A program made the position numbers and the translations under genes. The notes below the pieces were generated by a model that was not told the DNA's origin, did no database searches, and saw only the letters and a program-made list of their open reading frames with translations. A stretch of DNA of 64,000 bases from Antedon mediterranea (Eukaryota > Animalia > Echinodermata): positions 31,406,912-31,470,911 of the forward strand of contig NC_092675.1 of the NCBI RefSeq assembly GCF_964355755.1. Reading direction: 5' to 3'. Shown here in pieces: positions 1 through 36,600 of the stretch (position 1 is its first letter; the number at the start of each line of letters is the position of its first letter).

Positions 1-705
1 GACATCATGATCCTCATCATTGGATACCACCAGGAGGCAGTAATCTTGTACTTTATCACCTCTTGTTGACCTAGAAATCTCCACAGATCCTGTAGGAAGT
101 GCTTTGTTCGTGATTAACATGTTACCCAGCTGTATGCTCGTCTAATTTGGAAAGGAAGACAACTTGTTCCATCACTTTAAACAAATCCCAAGGGGACTAA
201 GGCTTTATAACATTGTGAGTTTACATGTGTGCAACAGAAAAGGGCTGATGATTGCCGATCAATAAATCCTTTATGGTCAGTATGTGATATAGGGAAAAGG
301 TAAAAATAACTTATAAACCCAATTGAACTGCCTACATATATTATTCTATTCCTTGAGCCTATTTGTCTGCTTTGTTACACTTAAATAAAAAAATATACTA
401 AAAAAAAAACTTGAGCAGTTTGCCAATCACTGCCATGTCAAAATTGCTGTCACTACCTGTCTATTTGAAATATAGTTTTGAATCATTCAATGTGTTTATC
501 ATTAACAAGGTTCAGACATATTAAACCCTAATGATGATGTGAGAATCTAAACCATGATGTATTAAGCACATTTCTTGTCAATAATATTAGTTCTTCCCAC
601 GTTCGAGATATTCTTGAAGGAGGTATACAGGGGTGGGACCAGCCTCCTTAGAAATACATGAATGCAAACTTTTGTTTGAATAGATTTAGAAGCAAACACA
701 AGTTA

Positions 706-23970
<23,265 letters not shown>

Positions 23971-25692
23971 CTTTCATAACCATAGTTTTGTACTATTGTA
24001 TTTTAAATAAATTTCTTATATTTCGATTTATGTAAAGCATTTAACACACTTTTATTTGATTTATATAGGCCTATTGTGTTTTTAAGTTCACCAGTGTAAC
24101 TTTATTAAAAGTACGTTCAAATCACCGTCGTTAATACGTTGTGAATGTGAAAATTTATGATAATTAATTTTTAATTCTATTATTGTGTAATAATAGCAAG
24201 GCACTTAGATTTGTTGGCACACTATATTATTAGTGATGAATTAAAACGATATATTTGAACATTATTATAAAAGTTCATAACATCCATTCCCTACAACTCA
24301 GTGAATACGTTTATTCCCTTAATGTATTCATTCATCGGAATTAATCATTGATTTGGTGTTTTACTTTAATTTTATTCCTCATATTGAGTTGTGTACCAAG
24401 ACAAACATTCGTAATGTATGCTCTAGGAAGCAATGAGATAAGGATAAATAATATTCTTATCTCAATACAGCGTGTATAATACGAATTGTATCACGCTACG
24501 CACATTATGTAAATGTATGCACAAAAACAATTCGATTATTGAGATTTAGTTTCAAGTAATACCAAGAGAAAGCTTCGTCTTAAGTTATTATCAAATTGTA
24601 CTTAAGCAGTGTTGCTTTCTAAAACGAGATGGTATACATCGATATCTAAGTTCCAGCTTATCATAATCATGGAGAAATAAATTAAAGAGACAACCGTTAA
24701 ATAAAGCCGCGTCTCATAATAGCAAGTTAAAGCCGAACTAAAAACCATTCAATAGAAATACATGCGTAAACATTATCTATACAATGCATCTACTTGAATA
24801 TTTGAATAATGAGAAGATCATTTTTATAAATTAAAATTCATTGTATGATAGCGAACTGTTTGATGCTTATTTTCATGATATAAGTTACTGTAATTATGAA
24901 TGATTGATTGGTGTTAAGTCTGTCAACACTTTGACTGTAGAGGTCGCTCGTTCAAAAAGCCTGTTGTAATAGATGTCCTATATTTTATGACACGATCGAT
25001 TTGTGGCTCGCAAAATGAAGAACAATCGGCAGATTTTAATAATTATTTAAAATATCTATGACTTTAATAGTAAAACAAACATTACTTGAAAAAAAGCCTT
25101 TTCGGTACATAAGATAGCCTGCGCTATTGTCAATTGAGCGTTCCTATTAGTATTGAACGTTTCGATCTGTAAGTAGGCCTAACTGAGATTTTAAAAAGTT
25201 TAGTTTATGATCAAGTATAATGGAATAACTTATACAACCCAGAATCTTCTGGGTAGAATTTCTTGAAAACGTGATGGATGGTTTGCTGATGAGAAGGTAT
25301 ACAGTTTGTGAATGCGATCTAACGGTAGAGAAATCCGACTCATTCAACTTCAACACTTGGCACCCGGCGAATAATAAACAAAAAAAATCACTCACACATT
25401 TTGAAAGAAAATGAACAAATAAAACACTACGTCAAAGTAATAGACTAAAGTTTATCCAAAGAGCAGAAAAGACAAGTTATAACTAAGTGTCTAAAGGATA
25501 GAATGCAGAAACGTGTATGTTTCTCTAAACGTGACAGTAGGGAAACTTTTGTAAAATATTTGTGCATTTATTAACATTCTTATATTTAATTCATGTTTTC
25601 ACTTAGTGAATATTATCTAAATGTTGTCTAATGACCTTACACTGAGGTTCTTGATGAAAACATTTTAACAGACAAAAGCTTTTTGTATCTTA

Positions 25693-26504
25693 GGGCCTGT
25701 TTCTGCTGCAACTGCTCAAAATACGGTATAAAAATACGGTATAAAATACGGTATTTTTTATACCGTATTTTTTAGTACCCCGTTTCTGCTAACAATACTT
25801 CTTGGGTGGTCGTGTTAAATTTCATCTTTTTTTACCCAAATTGCCATTCATTTATTTGATCGATAATTAAAAGTCGCAATAAAGGAAGTTTTACGTCTCA
25901 CTTTCAACAGCCTAGTAGTGATAGAGATGTTGTGAGAGCACAGAAAACATCGTAATGGGGACAATTAATTCGTTCCCTCCCCGAGTTATTGTATTTTGCA
26001 ATGTTGTACTGCTTTCGCAGGCTCTTCAGCTTTGAGTTTACTTGCTTTGGAGACAAGTTTATTCCATACTCCTGCTTTATTTTTTTAGAAATGTCTTTAT
26101 AAATGTGGTTGTCCCTTTTATTACCTTTTAGTTGGTCAGACATTTTAGCTTCCCCACACACATTTATTTAGTAAAACTGTGACGTATTCGCTCCACATTT
26201 TCGCCGAATATATCTATACATGTGTGTAAACAGCTAACAGCGACATAAAATAAAAACACGAATGGTGACCTTTTGTCATGTAAAAAAAAAATACGGTATT
26301 TTTTATTGGCAGCAGAAACGGGTACAAAAAATACGGTATAAATTTGTAAATACCGTATTTTATCCACAAATTTTGTGGGGAAAATACGGTATATTTTTTA
26401 TGAGCGCAGTTTCTGCTGCCAAAAATATACCGTAGGCCTATATATACGGTATTCAAAAAATACCGTATAATATACGGTATTTAGTTGGGAGCAGAAACAG
26501 GGCC
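25693..26504 (-). mobile_element. Harbinger-like non-autonomous element, copy 2, with a Myb/SANT (trihelix)-like ORF fragment at 25904-26161
   Basis: Same TIRs as copy 1; peptide NHIYKDISKKIKQEYGINLSPKQVNSKLKSLRKQY...CPHYD resembles the Myb/SANT protein of PIF/Harbinger elements; TSD not preserved. Confidence 0.8.
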
Positions 26505-26950
26505 ATGGAACAATCATCATCATCATCATCATCATGTCCATATATGTCCTTATTTCAAAAAGTTCCATAAAAAAAAGAGGGTTCAGCAAGAAAGAAAATA
26601 CTTGATTAAGGTTCATTGTGTAAGTACGGCACTATGTTGTCTTAGACCTACTAGATAGTATAATTTACACAATATAGGCACTAATTTCATCATTATTCCT
26701 GTTTATTCACTTCAAAGGCTTCTTTTATGAGTATAATCTACACAATTTATTATAGGTTGTATACATTTATTAATTAAATATTGTAGGCTTCAGGTTTTTA
26801 TCTATTTACAAAACCACTTTAAAAGGCTTCTTTTATTTTTATTTATTTCAGCCGTCCTGTATATTTCAAAATTTGACCCTATGAAATGAATACAATTTTT
26901 TTTTTAAATTTTTTTATTTATTTATTTAACTCAACTCTAAACAAAGATTA

Positions 26951-27032
26951 AAAACAGCAGTTAGTATGTGATGTCTTGCACTGATGAAGGCTAGTGTTGC
27001 CCGAGAGCTCTGCTATTTTACTCTGCTGTTTT
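26951..27032 (+). ncRNA. Degenerate minimal type I hammerhead ribozyme motif (Penelope/retrozyme-like repeat remnant)
   Basis: gca-CTGATGA-aggc(tagtgtt)gcc-cGAGAgcTC-tgc with outer pairing aaaacagcag/ctgctgtttt; the core GAAA reads GAGA. Confidence 0.5.
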
Positions 27033-27656
27033 ATTTTATCATTTTGATTTAGCTTTTTCTGCTCATCTTATTTGGTATCTCCATTGAGATCCAGTCACTG
27101 CATCATAATTTTCTCAGTGATTTGCTTTTGGATTTATATATGGGATATTAAATATCTTAACAACATAGTAATCATGAACAGGCTTGGTCGGTTCAAGAAC
27201 GATTCCTTTTTTTATTTATAATAATTTTAATTTGATTTACATCTGTTTGGCCAACGCACCTCATGCAATTTAATTTAAATATCCATAGATTTATTTATTA
27301 AACATTATTTAAAGATGGTAAATAGATTTGCTGTTTCTTTAAAGTCTTTTAGTAACCTTTCTTGATTCCATCATCTATTCAACTTTATGTTTATACCATA
27401 ATACAATGTAGTGTAGTAGGATACAAGTTATTATATTTGTCAAACACTGTATTTGACTGTTGTTTCTTTAATATCTGTCTTATTTGTTATTTTTCCAATC
27501 ACATTATAAAGAATTCTTGATCTATATGTATTTCACAATTTGACAACTTCTTATCATGAGCTGTTTATCAAAAATAAATGGTATTTCCCTCATGGAATTA
27601 TTAAATTGAATTATGGAAACGATATATAAATCATCATTTAATTCAGCTCGTTGTCC

Positions 27657-30600
27657 TTATAATTTAGCCTTGGGTTTTGGTAGAATTTGTTGTAGTTTCA
27701 TTGCTGTCGCCATGTTCCCTGCAATTTTTAGTTTTCCAGAAAAGAATGCCTGTAATAAATAAAGCATATTAGACAAAATGATTAGTTTAAAAAAAAAGCA
27801 CAGGCAAACACAACCACACAATGTTGTCAGACAGGATTTGAACATGCGACTTCACACTGACAAGGTGAGCGTCATAACCATTAGACCACATAAGCTTCAC
27901 GATCAAATACGTGTAGGATACAATCTATCACACAGTGAGTAGTAACACTGTATTTCAATGTACTACAAAAGTAGTGTGTTCAATCTATTACACAGTGAGT
28001 AGTAACACTGTATTTCAATGTACTACAAAAGTAGTGTGTTCAATCTATTACACAGTGAGTAGTAACACTGTATTTCAATGTACTACAAAAGTAGTGTGTT
28101 CAATCTATTACACAGTGAGTAGTAACACTGTATTTCAATGTACTACAAAAGTAGTGTGTTCAATCTATCACACAGTGAGTAGTAACACTGTATTTCAATG
28201 TACTACAAAAGTAGTGTGTTCAATCTATTACACAGTGAGTAGTAACACTGTATTTCAATGTACTACAAAAGTAGTGTGTTCAATCTATCACACAGTGAGT
28301 AGTAACACTGTATTTCAATGTACTACAAAAGTAGTGTGTTCAATCTATCACACAGTGAGTAGTAACACTGTATTTCAATGTACTACAAAAGTAGTGTGTT
28401 CAATCTATTACACAGTGAGTAGTAACACTGTATTTCAATGTACTACAAAAGTAGTGTGTTCAATCTATTACGTATCAAAATAATGTACCAACATGTAACA
28501 CATGCAGTAGCATACTTAATTTGTTGCCATAATAAAGGTAATAAACTTACAGATTGTGGCTGAAGTTTACCAAGTGCAAGGTCAATCAGGTCGCCGTCTT
28601 TTACTGTAATAGTACAATCAGCTTTCTCTGAAATAATCAAAGTATGATCAATTAAAATATATTTCCAAGCAACTGTAAGATTAGTCAGTGGCCATGAGAA
28701 ACTTACCATAATCAAATATAAACAAAATGTAATGTAATTTAAAATGATTAATAATAATTTACATTGAGGGGAAAGTTTGTTTAGACTCTAGAAAGTTAAC
28801 TATCGTAGTGTGCAACTGACTATCATAGTGTGCAACTGACAATCATAGTGTGCAACTGACAATCATAGTGTGCAACTGACAATCATAGTGTGCAACTGAC
28901 AATCATAGTGTGCAACTGACAATCATAGTGTGCAACTGACAATCATAGTGTGCAACTGACAATCATAGTGTGCAACTGACAATCATAGTGTGCAACTGAC
29001 AATCATAGTAGGCAACTGACAATCATAGTAGGCAACTGACAATCATAGTGTGCAACTGACAATCATAGCGTGCACCTGACAATCATAGCGTGCACCTGAC
29101 AATCATAGCGTGCAACTGACAATCATAGCGTGCAACTGACAATCATAGCGTGCAACTGACAATCATAGCGTGCAACTGACAATCATAGCGTGCAACTGAC
29201 AATCATAGCGTGCAACTGACAATCATAGTGTGCAACTGACAATCATAGTGTGCAACTGACAATCATAGTGTGCAACTGACAATCATAGTGTGCAACTGAC
29301 AATCATAGTGTGCAACTGACAATCATAGTGTGCAACTGACAATCATAGTGTGCAACTGACAATCATAGTGTGCAACTGACAATCATAGTGTGCAACTGAC
29401 AATCATAGTGTGCAACTGACAATCATAGTGTGCAACTGACAATCATAGTGTGCAACTGACAATCATAGCGTGCAACTGACAATCATAGCGTGCAACTGAC
29501 TATCATAGCGTGCAACTGACTATCATAGCGTGCAACTGACTATCATAGCGTGCACCTGACTATCATAGCGTGCACCTGACAATCATAGCGTGCACCTGAC
29601 AATCATAGTGTGCACCTGACAATCATAGTGTGCACCTGACAATCATAGTGTGCAACTGACAATCATAGTGTGCAACTGACAATCATAGTGTGCAACTGAC
29701 AATCATAGTGTGCAACTGACAATCATAGTGTGCAACTGACAATCATAGTGTGCAACTGACAATCATAGTGTGCAACTGACTATCGTAGTGTGCAACTGAC
29801 TATCGTAGTGTGCAACTGACTATCGTAGTGTGCAACTGACTATCGTAGTGTGCAACTGACTATCGTAGTGTGCAACTGACTATCGTAGTGTGCAACTGAC
29901 AATCGTAGTGTGCAACTGACAATCGTAGTGTGCAACTGACAATCGTAGTGTGCAACTGACAATCGTAGTGTGCAACTGACAATCGTAGCGTGCAACTGAC
30001 TATCGTAGCGTGCAACTGAGTATCATAGCGTGCAACTGACTATCATAGCGTGCAACTGACTATCATAGCGTGCAACTGAGTATCATAGCGTGCAACTGAC
30101 TATCATAGCGTGCAACTGACTATCATAGCGTGCAACTGACTATCATAGCGTGCAACTGACTATCATAGCGTGCAACTGACTATCATAGCGTGCAACTGAC
30201 TATCATAGCGTGCAACTGACTATCATAGTGTGCAACTGACTATCATAGTGTGCAACTGACTATCATAGTGTGCAACTGACTATCATAGTGTGCAACTGAC
30301 TATCATAGTGTGCAACTGACAATCATAGTGTGCAACTGACAATTATAGTGTGCAACTGAATATCATAGTGTGCAACTGACTATCATAGTGTGCAACTGAC
30401 TATCATAGTGTGCAACTGACTATCATAGTGTGCAACTGACTATCATAGTGTGCAACTGACTATCATAGTGTGCAACTGACAATCATAGTAGGCAACTGAC
30501 AATCGTAGTGTGCAACTGACTATCGTAGTGTGCAACTGACTATCGTAGTGTGCAACTGACTATCGTAGTATGCAACTGAGTATCGTAGCGTGCAACTGAC

Positions 30601-33600
30601 TATCATAGTGTGCAACTGACTATCATAGTGTGCAACTGACTATCATAGTGTGCAACTGACTATCATAGTGTGCAACTGACTATCGTAGTGTGCAACTGAC
30701 TATCGTAGTGTGCAACTGACTATCACAGTGTGCAACTGACTATTACAGTGTGCAACTGACTAACATAGTGTGCAAATGATGATCCACTCTATTAAATAAT
30801 ATACTTACTTTTTGATCCATATTCCACACTTCCATTTCCATTCTTAACATCTACAATCCATTTTCCTTTCTTTCCTCCAGGCCCATCAAGTATATCAAAT
30901 GCAAACACTGACTTAACCTTGCTCACATATTTTGCACCATCCTAAATAAGTAAGTTGTATTTATGTATTTAAAATATTGTACATTAAGATTCAGTTAATG
31001 GGTTGTTGATAAAAAATGAATGGCAAAATTACTGTCTAATTTCAATGCATTATAAAATGAAAGATTAAGGATAATATTTTTCACTGAGGTACTGTACATT
31101 TGATAAATACAAAACCCCAATATATATTCACCTTTTCAAGATTTCTTTCAATTTCATCAAAGACAGCGTCACATTTGAATCCTGTTGAGGACGCAGTGTG
31201 GTACATGCGTACACCAGTACTAAAATAACAAATGAACAACTTGAATTTTTTCTACTTCTATTGACTCAATCTACCCAGGTAGTTAATACTGAATTTGGTG
31301 GGTAGGAACCAAGTAAATTATTTTTGAGAAAACATTTATTTTGTAGCAAAACTACTCTATACCTTTTATAAATAGTAATTTGAACTGCTTTGTTGTATGT
31401 TTATATATCAATAGTGTATATCCTTTATACTGCTTTGTTGTATGTTTATATATCAATGTGTATATCCTTTAATAGATTGTATGTTTATATATCAATAGTG
31501 TATATCCTTTAATAGATTGTATGTTTATATATCAATAGTGTATATCCTTTAATAGATTGTACAAATGTACATGCATAGACAAATCTGTATGTGTAGACAA
31601 ACTAGGCAAATTATCTGACAACTGAATATAAAAGTTATTTGATGCCAGCATCTACTAGCCTCAGGTTTTAGGATCTATAGATTAATTTGTACAGGGACAC
31701 AAAGCACTTTAGTTGCCTATGCTTCACTGCTTTCTGCAAGCGATAGGTGCCTAGAGAATGGACAATAATAGTTCAAGAGTGCAGGTTTTAAGCTCCTTAT
31801 TAGTATGAAAAGAAAATATTTCTTCCTGTTTAGATAAAGAGGGTATAAAAATGAAAGGAAGTGGGCCATCAAATACTTTGTACATACCACTTTTTAAGAG
31901 CATCCATACCAGCAAATCATATACTAGTGATTATTGGTGGTAGCTAGTTCAAATGTAGCTAGTTTATAAAAAAGAAGGAGATTCAACTAGCTTGTCTCCT
32001 TTGATGTATTCATTGCAGCCGCCGAATGTTTAACAGATAAGGGAGTAATTATAAACGGTATCGCACATAAGCACTGCGTGGCGTACAAGGTCAATATGTC
32101 ACGAAAAGGTCGTATAATTAATTGTAAAACCGGAAGCAAACCACTTGACCTCGAGCACATGAGCGTCGTGTGCAAGCGCGCGGCAGTGCAAAAAAGCAAC
32201 ACTGTATTCTTTTATTCAATGGAGGTTATTCTACAAAAATTGATGTGATGGAGTTTGATGAGTTGTTAACAAAAGAATTATTAGCAGAATTTGAAGAAAT
32301 AAATACCGAAGTAGGCACCGAAGAAGTGAAAAATATCTGTATATGTAACTGTCCATCGACGGAAGAGACAATAGCCTGCAACGGTAAAGATTGCGAAGTC
32401 AGATGGTTCCATACGAATTGCGTGAGTTCAGGCCTAGCCGCCGAAGAAACGTGGAAGTGCGACAAGTGTATTATTGGTTCTGAGCCTAGTGGGCCAAGCA
32501 ATTATACGAACGCTAGTAGGCCCAGCGAATCAACTACTAACAATAAACCGGAAAAAGGTAAGTATTAATGAGCGTAGATGGTATAGGCCTAGGCCTAACT
32601 AATTAATTACTCTAATAGAAAATAAGGCTATTTACTACCTAGGCCTTGGCTAGTACTACTGTACATTTTATAATTATTCATGGATTTTGCTGTTGACACA
32701 TTTTCCAAATAATTAAATTTAAAATTACCGAAATACAGGGAATAGATATTTCAGCCCTACGTCGCCCACTACATTGATTGTATTTTGCACAGGAAATTAA
32801 AATATTAGGGATAGTCGGATTGAATTTAACTTTTTAGGGGAAAAACATTTTAATTTATGATTTATTTTAAAATAATTCACAGCTGCAAAAAAGAAGCCGA
32901 TAAAATGGAAGAGCCAATATCTACTTGAAAATGCATTAGCTGATTCTTTGGAAATTGTTAATCACTCATTTAACAAAGTTCTTGAAGACCCTATGCTGCA
33001 GTTAAATCCAAAGATGGCAACAGCAATAAACAATGCAGTGGTCGAGTTGCGGTCAAAAGACATTCAGGATGTTGCAAACAAACTTGTCAATACTTTATGG
33101 GAGACAGCAACTGTAGCGAACACTAAAAGAACTGCATCAGAAGGGTTAGACGCAGTGTGTAGAAACTTTCATACTTTTCGCATAAATGAAAACTCAAATC
33201 AATTTTTAGGTTTAGTTGACTGTGATATTGCTGCAAATTTTTTATTCCAAATGGCAAGCGAGGCAATTGTAGAAGAGTTGTTGTTAAGGCAAATTGGGCC
33301 ATATGAGAATGCTGCTGCAAATGAACCGCCACAGGTAGAGGTAACCAAGGAAGAGCAACAAACATTAAGATACATGGCTGGCTATATTCCGCATAAATTA
33401 CTACGCTTTTACAGAAGATTTCCAAATAACAATCTAGCTAATTTATCTATTGATGTATTAAGGAAATTAGAAATTGAAGACAACAATGATAAAATGTCAT
33501 TTTTAGATTATAGTAAAGACTGGATTACAAAAATTAACAGAGGAGGCCTATTTAAAATAAATAATGATTCATTTTTATTTTTTAGGCGGCTAGAATGCGA

Positions 33601-36600
33601 GGTAAAACCCATTTTGTCCTCCACAAAAATTACAGAACTTTGTGGTTTAAATTTAAAGGACAAACTTACTTCAGCCCTTGACTCGCCTGTCATTAAATTA
33701 GCATGGGAACGGTTGATTGGGGATAATGTTAATGAGGTAGTAGTGTCTACTTTATTTAACAAAGTTATTGGATGTTATATAGACATCAGATGTAAGGCTT
33801 TTACCACCGTATATATGATGGAAAGAAAAAAGAAAGATGCATCAGTCGGAAAGAAGGGTGAAAAACCCTTAAGAAAGAAACTTAAAAATAATGACTTAAC
33901 TTAAAGAATTTCCAATTTATTCACAATATAAATATTTTCTATACAGTTCATTAAATACATAAAAGGTGTTCATGAAATTATTATTATATTTCTACTTTAT
34001 TATTTATGGTTTTCGTTCTTTTTGGGAATGGGGTACTGTCTATGCTAAATCCAGACTTCCTGGTGTTGGAGTGGATTGAACCAGTTACACTTCTGGCTCC
34101 TGCAACTTGTAGTGTCAATGCATTATGTTGGAATTGATGAACTGTTGGGTTTTCATTTCTTCCTCCACATCCTCTCTGTTTGCTAAAGTATTCCTCAAGA
34201 GGATCTTGGTTTAGTTTTTCACTCAACACATAGTCCACACCATCAGTAGCAAGCAATTCCTTTGTAAGTTTCACAAAAGAGTTAACTGTAGAGGAACACA
34301 ATAAACATTAATTGTAATAACATTTGCTTTAATATAGTTTTTAACAATACAATCATTAGGAATAACAGGATTTGATGACGTGCCAGGCTAGAAGACAGGG
34401 GTCGCAAGCCCTGGTTTATATTTACTTTTTAATACACTGAAAGATAAAGAACTTATTAGATTGTGCTTTTGCAACCTATGATCTATCAAACAATCTATAG
34501 CTAAACATAAATGAAAAGAAAAAAAATAACCTGTTATTCTTAGTCCGTCAAGTGTTTCACGACTTAGGCACATCCTTTTCTTTTCTGCTGCTGTTGTATT
34601 TGGTGTTTCCAAACATTGATTCTCCCATGTATTAAGAAAGCCGAGGAAATCGTCTACAAGCCACTAAAAGCCAGTAAAAATGATTTCATGAGTAACCATT
34701 GAAAGATGGGCTAGCCCATTCCATGAATAAAATATTCAATATACTACCTGAATGCAAGGATGGATTGAAAAAATGCATGTCGCATGATACCTTATCAACC
34801 AATCAAATGGCAAGGATACACTTAGGTGTATACCCCAAATTCACTGGGGTAAGTATAAATCTTGGCTGAACTTTTCAGTTAAATCATGGCGGTATAAAAA
34901 TATAACTCCATGGGTAAACCGATCTTCATGTTTGGTTGACTATAGGTGTATTAGGATAATTTATATGAAATTCTTTAATAATTTGAAAAACAAATCTGTA
35001 CCTTTAATCTTGAATCATCCACACTTCTGTATTCTAACAGGTTCTCATTTATGTTGTTTCTTCGTCTCTCAACACGACTAACATTAAGACAATCAAAAAA
35101 CTTGTTCATGTACTTTATGAAGTGGATTAGACTTTTTGTGTCATGTCTGCCTTGAATTTCCAACGCATGGGCAACACTGCTGCTAAGGATCTAAGATAAA
35201 TGGAGAATGATAAAAACTTTAAAAAATGTATTTGCCTAGACAACAAGAAAGAAGTCAATTTAAATTTACATTGGGTCTCAGATTACTAAAAACTAAACAA
35301 ACAAACTAAAATTACCTGGACAGCTAGTTTAACTTTCATCCTTAAGCTTGGCGTAAGGTATAAATGTTCGTGGCGTATTTTGTGGAGTTTTCTTAGGCCA
35401 CTACCACATCCAATATCTTCTTCTACCAAGGTGAGCAACTGATTCCACTTTAGATCTTGATGATTAAACTGCAAAAAAAAAGAGGAAAAAAAATGAAGAG
35501 CTTGCCACTGTAGCATAAAGTTGGGGGGGGGGGGGGCGGAATTGTGTTTTCACTAGTAAAAACTGGTATGAAAAAAAAATATTAAAATGTATAACTCACA
35601 TGCAAGTTTCTTGATTTTGAGTTAAATCCAGAGTTTTCGAGATTATTTCTTGTAGTCTTTAACAAGTGTGGAGTGTCGCAAATGAAATAGATATTCCTTT
35701 TCGTATATGGACTAATGGTTGAAAAGACAACTTCTGAAGAAACAGATGTTCCATGCTGTCTGTAAAATTTTCGATTTGGACTTGCACCATCACATACGAA
35801 AGCACAAACTCTGAATCCTGCATACTCTAGCCAAGTCACAGCTTTCCATATGATCCAATATAAATTGTAACTCTTGCAGCCATGAGTGGGGAAATGTGCG
35901 AATGTTTCATGTAAAGGCATAAACATGCCCCGAACCATCAGAGACAACATGTGTGATGCTTCCTTTGGTTGTTTATTTTTGTCCAAGTCCAACTCTCTTG
36001 CAAAATTGTCCATGGCTTCGTTCATTGATCCCATACTGGAGAATCCAACAAGATTACCCGATTTGCTAGAATACACAAGACCTGCGTTTATCTTCATTTC
36101 ATCAAAACTTAATGAAACAATTTTCCTAAAATTAGGTAACGCATCAAAATGTATATCATGCTTTATCCGCAGGATAACATCAGGATTAAAACCAGACTTT
36201 GCATCAGTAAAATGTGTGTAGTTCCTTAGGGTATTTTCATGTGGCAATGTCAAGTAACCAGAGTTCCTAATAATACGGTAAGCTGCAGTAGACTTCATGT
36301 GCAACGCTAAGCAAAAACGAATTATTGCTGGGTGCCAACGACGACCTGTTGCAGATGATTTATTGGCAGCCACTTGTTCATCCCATAGTAGTCTTTGTGG
36401 AGAACCTTCCTTAAATTGTTCTGACACAGTTTCTGTATGTGTTGTCATTATTGTCTTTAGAGCTTCAGACATTGTTTCTTGCAATGGACTAGAATCATCT
36501 TCAAATGACTTCCTTACTTTTTCTTTAAGGTCTTTAACCATTTTCTGTAAGTTTTTCCTGTCATTTGACACCAACATCAACTTTTTCCTTAACTGATCAT

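Noticed and set aside
1-140. Possible next ZSWIM exon
   Set aside because: No minus-strand frame gave recognisable family sequence after LWDQLG.
24431-24467. Another CA-starting hairpin (caatgagataag...cttatctcaata) as a P footprint
   Set aside because: No flanking direct repeat and the right end is not TG.
27931-27973. RSS-like CACAGTG + 27 bp + ACAAAAGTA in each 60-bp unit, and CACTATG in the 20-bp unit, near a RAG1-like domain
   Set aside because: Each is one short match multiplied by tandem amplification; the nonamer matches only 6/9, both lie outside the element, and its core and ends are P-type rather than Transib/RAG-type.
32248-33904. ORF2 as a RAG2 ortholog or host ING gene
   Set aside because: No kelch propeller, the PHD is N-terminal and ING-like, no ING N-terminal domain, and the gene lies inside the inverted repeats.
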